Below, piece after piece: positions 36,612-47,544 of a stretch of DNA of 64,000 nucleotides (its first letter is position 1; every line of letters begins with the position of its first letter). Source of the stretch: Chiloscyllium plagiosum (lineage: Eukaryota); assembly GCF_004010195.1 (NCBI RefSeq), contig NC_057753.1, positions 8,805,484-8,869,483 on the forward strand, given 5' to 3'. The position numbers and the translations under genes are program-made. Below the pieces are notes generated by a model. That model saw only the letters and a program-made list of their open reading frames with translations. It was not told where the DNA came from and ran no database searches.

Positions 36612-39600
36612 ATTGCCGCTTAAAGGTCGCCAATGATTCTGACTCTGCCACTCCCACAGGCAGCGCATTCCATGCCCCCACCACTCTCTGGGTAAAGAAC
36701 CTACCCCTGACATCCCCCTATACCTTACACCCTTCCCCTTAAATTTAGTCCCCTTGTAACACTCTGTTGCACCCGGGGAAAAAGTTTCTGACTGTCTACT
36801 CTATCTATTCCTCTGATCATCTTATAAACCTCTATCAAGTCACCCCTCATCCTTCGCCGTTCCAATGAGAAAAGGCCTAGCACTCTCAACCTATCCTCGT
36901 ACGACCTATTCTCCATTCCAGGCAACATCCTGGTAAATCTTCTCTGCACCTTCTCCAAAGCTTCCACATCTTTCCTAAAGTGAGGCGACCAGAACTGTAC
37001 ACAGTAATCCAAATGTGGCCTAACCAAGGTCCTGTACAGCTGCAACATCACTTCACGACTCTTGAATTCAATTCCTCTGCTAATGATCGCTAATACACCA
37101 TAGGCCTTCTTACAAGCTCTATCCACCTGAGTGGCAACTTTCAAAGATCTATGAACATAGACTCCAAGATCCCTCTGCTCCTCCACCTGACTAAGAACCC
37201 TACCGTTAACCCTGTATTCTGCATTCTTATTTGTCCTTCCAAAATGGACAACTTCACACTTGACGGGATTGAACTCCATCTGCCACTCCTCAGCCCAGCT
37301 GTGCATTATATCTAAGTCCTTTTGCAGCCGACAACAGCCGTCCTCGCTATCCACAACTCCACCAATCTTCGTATCATCTGCAAATTTACTGACCCACCCT
37401 TCGACTCCCTCTTCCAAGTTATTAATAAAAATTACAAACTGCAGAGGACTCAGAACTGATCCCTGCGGAACTCCACTTGTAACTGGGCTCCAGGCGGAAT
37501 ATTTACCATCTACCACCACTCTCTGACTTCGACCGGTTATCCAGTTTTCTATCCAATTGGCCAAATTTCCCTCTATCCCATGCCTCCTGACTTTCCGCAT
37601 AAGCCTACCATGGGGAACCTTATCAAATGCTTTACTAAAATCCATATACACTACATCCACTGCTCTACCCCATCCACATGCTTGGTCACGTCCTCAAAGA
37701 ATTCAATAAGACTTGTAAGGCAAGACCTACCCTTCATAAATCCGTGCTGGCTGTCCCTAATCAAGCAGTGTCTTTCCAGATACTCATAAATCCTATCCCT
37801 CAGTACTCTTTCCATTACTTTGCCTACCACTTTGCCTACAAGACTAACTGGCTTGTAATTCCAGGGGTTATCCCTATTCCCTTTTTTGAACAGTGGCACA
37901 ACATTCGCCACTCTCCAGTCCTCTGGTACCACCCCTGTTGACAGTGAAGACGAAAAGATCATTGCCATCGGTTCTGCAATTTCCTCTCTTGCTTCCCACA
38001 TAATCCTAGGATACATCCCGTCAGGCCCAGGGGACTTGTCTATCCTCAAAATGTTCAACACATCTTCCTTCCTAACAAGTATCTCTTCGAGCTTACCAGT
38101 CCGTTTCACACTCTCCTCTTCAACAATACGGTCCCTCTCGTTCGTAAATACTGAAGAAAATTACTCATTCAAGACCACTCCTATCTCTTCCGACTCAATA
38201 CACAGTCTCCCACTACTGTCCTTGATCGGACCTACCCTCGTTCTCGTCATTCTCATGTTTCTCACATACGCATAAAATGCCCTGGGGTTATCCTTGATCC
38301 CATCCGCCAAAGATTTTTCATGCCCTCTCCTAGCTCTCCTAATCCCTTTCTTCAGCTCCCTTCTGTCTATCCTGTATCCCTCCAATGCTCTGTCTGAACC
38401 TTGTTTCCTCAGCCTTATGTAAGCTCCTCTTCCTCTTTACAAGACATTCAACCTCCCTCGTCAACCAAGGTTCCCTCACACGACCATCTCTTTCCTGCCT
38501 GACAGGTACATACATATCAAGGACACGTCGTATCTGTTCCTTGAAAAGGTTCCACATTTCCACGACATCCTTCCCTGACAGCCTCTGCTCCCAACGTATC
38601 CTCCTCAGATCCTGTCTTACAGCATCGTATTTACCCTTCCCCCAATTGTAAAACCTAACCTGTTGCACGCACCTATCTCTCTCCATAACCAAGGTGAAAG
38701 TCACAGAATTGTGGTCACCATCACCAAAATGTTCACCCACTAACAAGCCCATCACTTGTCCCGGTTCGTTACCGAGTACCAAATCCAATATAGCCTCCCC
38801 TCTGGTCGGACAATCTACATACTGTGTTAGAAAAGCTTCCTGGACACACTGCACAAACACCATCCTGTCCAATCTACTTGATCTAAACAGTTTCCAATCA
38901 ATATTTGGGAAGTTGAAATCGCCCATGACTACTACCCTGTGGCTTCTGCACCTTTCCAAAATCTGTTTCCCAATCTGTTTCTCCACATCTCTGCTGCTAT
39001 TGGGGGGCCTATAGTAAACACCCAACAAGGTGACTGCTCCTTTCCTAATTCTGACTTCAGCCCATGCTACCTCTAAAGGCATATCCCCCTCGAACTGCCT
39101 TTCTGCAGCCGTTATACCATTTCTAATTAGCAACGCCACCCCCCCCCCCCCTTCGAACTGCCCTTTCTGCACCGTTATACCATTTCTAATTAGCAACGCC
39201 ACCCCCCCCCCCTCCTTTTCTACCACCCTCCCTAATCTTACTGAAACATCTGTAACCAGGAACCTCCAACAACCATTCCTGTCCCTCTTTTATCCTCGTT
39301 TCCGTGATGGCCACAACATCGTAGTCCCAGGTACCGATCCACGCCTTAAGTTCACCCTCCTTATTTCTGATGCTCCTTGCGTTAAAGTATACACACTCGA
39401 ACCCATCTCTGTGTTCGCAAGTATTCCCTGTCAGTGCTACCTTCTCCACAGCCTCCCTACATTCTTGGACATCCTGACAAACAGCTAACCTACTTGCTGG
39501 ACTACAAGTCCGGATCCCACCCCCTTCCAAATTAGTTTAAATCCCCCCGAAGAGTGCTAGCAAACCTACCTCCCAGGATATTGGTGCCCTTCTGGTTCAG

Positions 39601-40255
39601 GTGCAACCAGTCCTGCTTGTACAGATCCCACCTTCCCCAGAATGCAGTCCAATTATCCAAATACCTGAAGCCCTCCCTCCTACACCATCCTTGCAGCCAC
39701 GTGTTCAACTGCACTCTCTCCCTATTCCTTGCCTCACTGTGACGTGGCACTGGCAACAACCCAGAGATGACGACTCTGTCCGTCCTAGCTTTTAGCTTCC
39801 AGCCTAACTCCCCGAGCTCCTGAATGACCTCCCCACCCCTCTTCCTTCCTATGTCGTTGGTGCCAACGTGCACCACGACTTCTGGCTGCACACCCTCCCC
39901 CTTAAGGATTCTGAAGACACGGTCTGAGACGTCTCGGACCCTGGCACCCAGGAGGCAACAAACCATCCGAGAGTCTCGCCCATGTCCACTGAACCGCCTG
40001 TCCGTCCCTCTAACTATAGAGTCTCCTATAAGTAGCGCTCTCCTCCTCTCCCCTTTCCCTTCTGAGCCGCAGAACCGGACCTCGTGCCAGAGACCCGGTC
40101 ACTGCCTCTTAACCCTTCTCGGCCTTCCCCCCCAACAGTATCCAAAGCAGTATACTTATTGTTGAGGGGAACAACCACAGGGGATCCCTGCACTGCCTGC
40201 TTCCTCCCTTTCCCACCTCTAACTGTTGCCCAGCTACCTCTGTTCTCTGGCTTAC
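36608..40255 (-). mobile_element. Young CR1 LINE: SGNH-esterase ORF1 (5'-truncated) and APE-endonuclease/RT ORF2, a few frameshifts, 3' end missing
   Basis: ORF1 VVVHVGTNDIG...VISGLLP...DWLHLN; ORF2 CVYFNARSIRNK, VAITET, GDFNFP, GDHNSV, KSPGPDG, QHGF, VVYMDFSKAFDKVPH, SGVPQGSVL, KFADDTK. Breaks near 39200, 38360, 38161, 37655 and 36740. Confidence 0.96.
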
Positions 40256-40289
40256 TAATTACCATCCTGATAATCTACGCTTCATCAGG

Positions 40290-40540
40290 GTGTACTGGAA
40301 TGAAGGTATGTCAGAGTAAGGGGAGATGTTCGAGGCAGGGAGCAACACAGCCAAATGTCCCAGAGAGTAAGGGACTGGAGATTACAGTGATCAGAAGGGA
40401 CGAGGCCATGGAGGGACTTGTCAACCTGATGTAGGTTTTAATATTCGTTCTTTGCTTGATTAGGAGAAAATGTGATCAGTCAAGGTGGAGTCGATGTGTG
40501 AATGGGGTGATTAAGCTGCTCGGATTGTCTCAAAGTGAAT
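40290..40540 (-). mobile_element. L2-like LINE fragment
   Basis: ggagattacagtgatcagaagggacgaggccatggagggacttg is similar to the L2 remnant at 36290-36400. Confidence 0.5.
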
Positions 40541-40644
40541 GAGAAAGAACTCCATGAGCTCCTCACAAGATGGAGGAATTAAAAAGGGAAAACACTTCAT
40601 AAACATCCACAACTAAGCTGGAATTTATAAAGATCAAATGAAAA

Positions 40645-40942
40645 TCGATTCCAGCGTCCAGCGACAATCTGTGTGGAATTTTCACATTCTGCCAGTGTCT
40701 GCGTGTATTTCCTCCACGTGCTTTGGTTTTCTCCCACAAATCAAAGATGTGCAGGTTAGCTGAATTCGCCAAGCTAAATTACCCATCATATCCAGGGATG
40801 TGTAAGTCAGGTGCATTAGTCGGCGGAAATGTAAAGGAAGGTGATAGAGGAATGGGTCTAGGTGGGATACAGTGAGGATTGGTGTGGACTTGTTGGGCCT
40901 AATGAGTTGTTTCTACACTGTAGGGATTCCATGATTCTATGA
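40645..40942 (+). mobile_element. HE1-type SINE
   Basis: ctgtgtggaattttcacattctgcc...caaagatgtgcaggttag...ctgtagggattccatgattctatg. Confidence 0.8.
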
Positions 40943-41519
40943 AAAAGGCCACGATTAATTTTATTGTGTGCTGGATGTGATAAACAACAAATCCCAATTC
41001 CTTCAGTCAGAGGGAGCTCACCTCAAAGAGCACTGAGAACATAAGCACTAGGCTCTTCGAGTCTGCTCATTCAATACGATCATGGCTGAACCTTTTGTGG
41101 CCTCAGCTCCACCTACCCGCCCAATCACCATTGCCATTAATTCCGTTATTGTTAAAAACATCTCTTAGCCTTAACAACATTGACTAAAGTAGCGTCAACT
41201 ACTTCACTGGGCAGGGAATTCCATAGATTGACATATTTTAGTGATTACAGATATTAAAACGGCTGGATACAATGCATTTGACACAAAGTGGATTTATTTC
41301 ATTGTTACCCAGAATGGTAATCCCTTTAACTGAGCTGGGACTCATTCACTTCAGTAGAAACAGGCTCCAATGGGCATTATTTGACCATCAATTAAAAATA
41401 ATTAAACCTGTTGACAGCTCCATAGCAGGTGGGACTGGAAACCAGACCTTCTGACGAAAAGGCAGGTTCACTATGAAACATGGAAATGTTCACAGTAAAA
41501 ACCAGTGTCTGTCATTACT

Positions 41520-42809
41520 CATGAACTTGCTGGTCTTTCAGGAGGATGGATTTCTGATTTCCTCCCACACTCATTACTAGTGCGTGGCCTTCCTGCAGTG
41601 TGAGATCGCTGGTGTACAGTGAGTCGGGTGAACCACTTGAACCCAGCCCCATAGTAAGAGCACCTGAACGGTCTGTCTTCAGTGTGAACACGTTGATCTG
41701 TCACCAGATCCGCAGAGATTTTTCAGCACTCCCCACATTCTGCACATTGAAAAGATTTCTCCTCTGTGTGAACCTATTGGTGTTTCAACAGATTGGTTTT
41801 CTGAGCGAATCCCTTCCCACACACTCAGTGCAGGTGTACAGCCTCTCTCCAATGTGAGATCACTGGTGTACAGTGAATTGGGACGACCACTTGAGCCCAA
41901 TTCCATAGTGAGAGCATCTGAATGGTCTCATCAGTGTGAAATGTTGATGGGACATCAATGCCTCAGAACTTTGATAGCGTTTGGCATACTACGGGCATTT
42001 AAAAGGTCTTTCCTCTGCTTGATTTCACTGGTGTTTGAGTGGGGTGGATTTCTGAGCAAATTCCTTCCCCCATTGTGAGCAGGTGAATAGTCTCTTGCCA
42101 GTGTGAGTCCGCTGGTGATTAACTTTGTTACATGACTGCCTGAACCCAGCTTCATAGTGAGAACACATGAAGGGTCTCTCATCGCCATGAACACGCTGAC
42201 GGACAGTGGGCCCCGGAGCTTTTATAGCATTTGGCACAGTCTGGGCATTTATAAGGTCCCTTCTCTGTGTGGACTTACTGGTGAATCAGCAGGATTGATT
42301 TCCGAGTGAATATCTTCCCACATTGTGAGCAGGTGAATGGCCTGTCCCCAGTATGAATGCATTGGTGTTCACAAGGTCAGACGATTGCTTGAACCCAGCC
42401 TTAGTGAGGACACATAAAGGATCTCTCGTCACTGTGATGGGATATCTGCACCCCAGGGCATTTAAAGCACTTCTCTCATCTTGTGCATTTAAAAGATCTG
42501 TCTTCTGTGTGAACTTGGTGTTTCATCAAGGTGGATGATCGAGTGAATGCTTTCCCATACTCAGAACAGCTGAATGGCCTCTCCCCAGTGTGACTATATG
42601 TATGTTCTGACACAGGACAGATGATCTGCTGAAGTCTTATCCACACGTACAACCCGTGTATGGTTTCTTCCTGCTGTGAACGGTGCTCTTTCCTTGCATG
42701 ATCAAGATCAAATGATATTCAGGTTATAGGCAATTGGGCAACTGTATAAGATCCTGATGTGATGTTTGGTTTCACGTCTCCTCACTGCAAACCTTCCTCT
42801 TCTAATGTC
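41520..42809 (-). pseudogene. C2H2 zinc-finger array pseudogene (single large exon)
   Basis: Acceptor tttcacag at 42810-42817; repeated HTGERPF/DERPF-CxxC linkers (HGDERPFMCSHY, HTGKRLFTCSQW, HTEDRPFRCSYY) with lost cysteines, stops and frameshifts. Confidence 0.88.
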
Positions 42810-42874
42810 CTGTGAAATTAGTTGAAAGAAGTAAAACAGAAATAAGTGAGAACCCAGAAAAAGAAAAAGACAAT

Positions 42875-43990
42875 AAGATGTAGAAGTAAGTAATTCACCC
42901 CATTGAGTCTACTCTCACCATTCAATGAGATCAGGGCTGATCTGATAACACAGATTCACTTTCTTGTCTTATCCTCTTGTCCTGATTCCCCTTCCTGATT
43001 AAAATCTGTTTATCTCAGCCTTGGATACCCTGAGAAGCCAGTCTCTGCAGACCTCTGCAGTAAAGAATTTCACAGATTCAGTCCACCTCAACAGAAGGAA
43101 TTCCTCCACATCTGCCTAAAATAGGTGATACCTTACTCTGAGATTATGTCCTCTGGCCGTCGACTCAAACAAGGAGAATAATGCTCCTTGAATCTATCCT
43201 ATCAAGCCCCTCGGAATCTCATGTCTTTCAATAAAGTCTTGTCTCATTCTTCTAAACTCCAATGAGTACAGGCCCAGTCTGCTCAATCTCATCTCCCGAG
43301 AGAATTCTCCCATTTCTATGATCAATCTTGTTAAAATTCTCTGGACTGCCTTTCCTAAAGTAGAGGGACGAAAACTGTTCACGATATTCCAGGTGTGATC
43401 TGACTGGTGTCATGTGTAGTTTTAACAACATACAGGTATCTGCATTCCCTTTAAATAAGGGCCAATAGACCATTTCCCTTCCAGATTACTTGCTAAACCT
43501 TGATGCTAGATTTTCAGCTTTCAAGCACAAGGACCCACAATTCTCTCTGTGCTGCAGCTTTCTGCAGTGGTTTTCCACAGTTAAATAATACTCACTTCTC
43601 CTAGTCTTCCTGTCAAAATGCATAAACCTCAATTTTCCCCCATGATATTCCATCCACTGAGATTCTGTTCATTTGCTTATTATGTTTCTATCATTCTGTA
43701 ATTTCGTTCTGCCATCCTCGCTACTTGCTTCGCCATCTATTTTGTATCATCTCCAAACTTGGCAATGGTACGTTCATTCCACCATCCGGGTGATTAGTAC
43801 ACCCAGATAATAATTTTGGCCGCGGTATTGATGCCTCCGGGACTCCACAAGTTACAATTTGCCATCGTGAAAATGCCCTCTTTATCTCTACTCTCTGCCC
43901 TCATTGCAAAAACCCAATTCTTGATCATTGAGTTTGATTAATACATACCCCCAACAGTGTGGCTTCATGGGTTCTTATCTTATGATGTAG
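42875..43990 (-). mobile_element. CR1 LINE 3' half, degraded
   Basis: RLSRLGLYSLEFRRMRQDFIE; minus-strand RT remnants. Confidence 0.8.
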
Positions 43991-44009
43991 TGACATGTAT
44001 AATACTGTT

Positions 44010-44445
44010 AGCGATTTTTAAGAAGTTTTGAAGCTCAGGTTGATGATAAGTATGTAAGTTAGCTCACTGAGTTGTAAGGTTTGCTTTCAGATGTTTCATC
44101 ACCATGACTAGGTAACATCATCAGTGAGAATCTCCAGTGAAGCCTGGTGGTATGTCCCACCACTCTATTTACAGGTCTTGGTTTCTTGAGATAGATGATG
44201 TCATTTCCGGTTTTATTTTAAGGGAAGGCAGATAGGATCTAAATCGATGTGTTTATTGATGGAGTTCTGGTTAGAATGCCATGCCTCTATGAATTCTCAT
44301 TTGCGTCTCTGTTTTGCCTGTCGTAGGATGTGCGCATTGTTCCAGTCAAATTGGTGCCCTTTTTTGTCTATATGCATGGAAACTAGTGAAAATGGGCCGT
44401 GTCTTTTCGTGGCTAGTTGGCGTTTGTATATCCTTGTGTTGAGCT
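44010..44445 (-). mobile_element. Penelope family 2 3' fragment with hammerhead remnant (44087-44127)
   Basis: Homologous to 11200-11670; minus strand TCA-CTGATGA-TGTTAC...GTGAT-GAAACATC-TGA. Confidence 0.8.
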
Positions 44446-45614
44446 AACTTATAGACATAAAATACCGGACTCAATACTTTTTGGAAATCAGCTGAATTCG
44501 TGGGGTTTAGCACTCAGGAAAGAGGGCTATGAAAGCTCCCCATCGTCATAAAACACAAATGGTTCACAAACATCCTTTAGCGAGGAAACCCTGATCTGGT
44601 TAGAGTAACTCTGGCCTCCATGAGATGGTGGGGATGGGGGTGTCAGGGAGAAGAGAGATGGTAAATGAGAGAAGTTTTATCAACCAACAGGTAAACCATA
44701 ATTGAGCAAAACCTCCCAAACCGGCCACTTCCAACACCATGAAGGACCAGGGGAACAGGCGTATGTGACCATCGCTACCTCGAACTTCCTTCTAAGTCAC
44801 AATGCCCCTGAAATCCGTTGCTGGATGAAGAGCAATTTCCTCTAATTTAGTCTCGAACTTGGGAGCATAGTCTGTGCAGGAGGGATATTATGAATCACTT
44901 CGATACAAAAAGTGTGGTAAATGTTTGCAACAATGTTCCAAAAGTGACAGTTGATTAGTTTTCAGTCTGAGATAGATAAACTAAAGGCATTGAGGGATAT
45001 GGGCCAATGGTAGGTATATGGAGTTAGGCCTTTGTAACCTCGAGAATGAATAACCCTACCACACTCCTGATTCACCTCTAACTTTCAACCTCCCTGTAAT
45101 CTTCAGTCCATCAACTGAGCTGAATAGCTTGCCAGTTGAGAAAAAGCAACATTAAAAAAAATCTTGTGTTTGTTTGAAAATCTCTGTCTGATAGCAATCA
45201 TTCCCATCTCTAATCTCTGCCGGCCACATAATCCCTCAAGATATGCATACCCACCTAAGTCCAATCTCTTCAGTGTGGTCAATTAATCTCCCTATAAACG
45301 GTGGACATTCTTTCGATACAACACGTTTAAAAATTAAATTATTAAATCATTCAAATAGATACACTGGTCCAGGCAATGTGTGTATCTATGGTACGTAGGA
45401 GATGGTGGACCTCATTGTGGCTCATAGTGACCACATTCATAGCAAGTGTTGGTTGCTTGAGGAATTCTGGCTCAGGCTGATGAGCTGGAGTCTGAGCTCT
45501 GAGCACTGTCATACATCATGGATGGGGAAGACTTACCTGGAATCTCCATTTCATGAGGCAGTCAGGTCCCATAGATTAATAACCATAATTCGGTCAGTGG
45601 TCAGTGACAGAAGG

Positions 45615-45797
45615 TTAAAAACAATGACTGCAGATGCTGGAAACCAGATTCTGGATTAGTGGTGCTGAAAGAGCACAGCAGTTCAGGCAGCATCCGAGGA
45701 GTAGTAAAATCGACCTTTCGGGCAAAAGCCCTTCGATTTTACTGCTCCTCGGATGCTGCCTGAACTGCTGTGCTCTTCCAGCACCACTAATCCAAGA
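45615..45797. mobile_element. Palindromic Penelope-terminus mini-element with TSD
   Basis: About 61-bp near-perfect arms at 45652-45713 and 45733-45794 around a hammerhead stem II remnant; TSD acagaagg at 45607-45614 / 45798-45805. Confidence 0.88.
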
Positions 45798-47544
45798 ACA
45801 GAAGGGTGTCACTTTGAGTAAAACCGGTAGATGGAACCAGAACGTAGTGCTGAAGAAGCTTCAGCACTTCAGCTTGTCTAACCGAGTTGAGACTCTTGCT
45901 CCATGCGTGGATGAGAGTGGGGACTGTAGGGAGGATGAGCAAACCGACCACAACACTGTGGGAGAGAGAACCGTTCAGAAGTGGGGGGGGGGGGAGAAAA
46001 GAAAAATGTAGGTGTTATCGAGGTAGTGTAGTCTGGGAAATAAAGACTCCTCCCTGTTGCCAGAACCAAGAGTCACGAAGGCTGTGCTGCTTGTCTGGTG
46101 CCTGACCTCAGGATATTCATCCGGGCTGCAGGGCAACATGGAATGGGAGAGGAATGATCCAGTTGTTGACATAGGTAGAAAGAGGTTCTGCTGAAGAAAT
46201 ATGAGCAGCGCGGGGCTAAATTAGAAAATAGAACAAAATTGGTAATAATGTCTGGATTACTACCTGATCCATAAGGAATTGGTATTGGGTCAGCAAAATT
46301 AACGAGGTAAACGTGTCGCTGAAAGGTTCGTGTGGGAGAATTGGGTCCGATTTCATTGGATATTGACATCAGTACTGGGGAAGGACGGAGATGTTCGGAT
46401 GAGATGGGCTTCATCTGAATGATGCAGGGACCAGTGTCCTGGAGAATCTCATAACTGGGGCCTGTAGGACTTTAAAATTAATCATAGATGTTGGTTTCAA
46501 GTGTACAAAAATTATGGGAAGTCTTAAAGTGGGGGGAGGTCTTAGCACAGGTTAAACTTCCCACAAAAAGTAATAGGCCAGGAAGGTTTGGAAGTTTTGA
46601 AATGGTTCAGAGGAGAATTACTGGGATGTTGCTTGCTATGGAGGGAAGGTCTTATGAGGAAAGGCTGAGGGACTTGAGGCTGTTTTCGTTAGAGAGATGT
46701 TTGAGAAGTGACTTAATTGAGTTAGATAGGTTGTACAGTGAGCCTTTTTCGACGGATGGCGATGGCCAGCACGACGAGAAATAGCTTTAAATTGAGGAGT
46801 GATCGATATAGAACAGATGTCAGAAGTATTTTATTTTACTCAGAGAGTAGTAATGGAGTGGGACGCCCTGCCTGCAACAGTAGTAGACTCGCCAATTTTA
46901 AAGGCATATATATTGTCATTGGATAAGCATATGAATGAAATTTGAATAGTGCAGGTTAGAGATGGGCTTCAGATTGTTTTCACAGGTCAGCAAACATTGA
47001 GGGCTGAAGGGCCTGTACTGTGTTGTAATGTTCTGTGTTCTAAGTATGGAAAGGATCAGAAACTAAACTCAGGCACAGCACATAAAGGGACAACTATGAG
47101 AAGCGGGACAGTCAACACAGGACTGAGGGTGTTGTATCTAAATACACACATTATATGAAACAAGGTAAATGAGTTTGTAGCACCGATTGAAATTGGTGTG
47201 TACATTGTTGGGGGTGTCAGAGAAGTGGCTGTAAGGGCATTAAGGCTGGGAACTAAATATCCAAGAATATATCTCGTTCCAGAAGACAGGCAAATCGGCA
47301 GAGGGGTGGGACTGCCTTGTTAGTAAGAAATAAAATTAAATAGACAGCAAGAAGTGAGATCGAGTCAGAAAGTGTAGAAACCGCGTGGGTAGTGTTAAGG
47401 AAGCACAAAGGAGAAAAGACCCTGATTGTACTTGTGAACAAGCCTCGTATTAGTAGTTAGGATGTGGGGAAGAAAATATAGCAGGGAATCAAAAATGCAG
47501 CACTGTAATAATCAATATGCAGATGCACTGGGAAAATTAGGTAG

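Noticed and set aside
45634..46011. 125-aa ORF with a mirrored peptide on the opposite strand
   Set aside because: Artifact of the palindromic Penelope mini-element.
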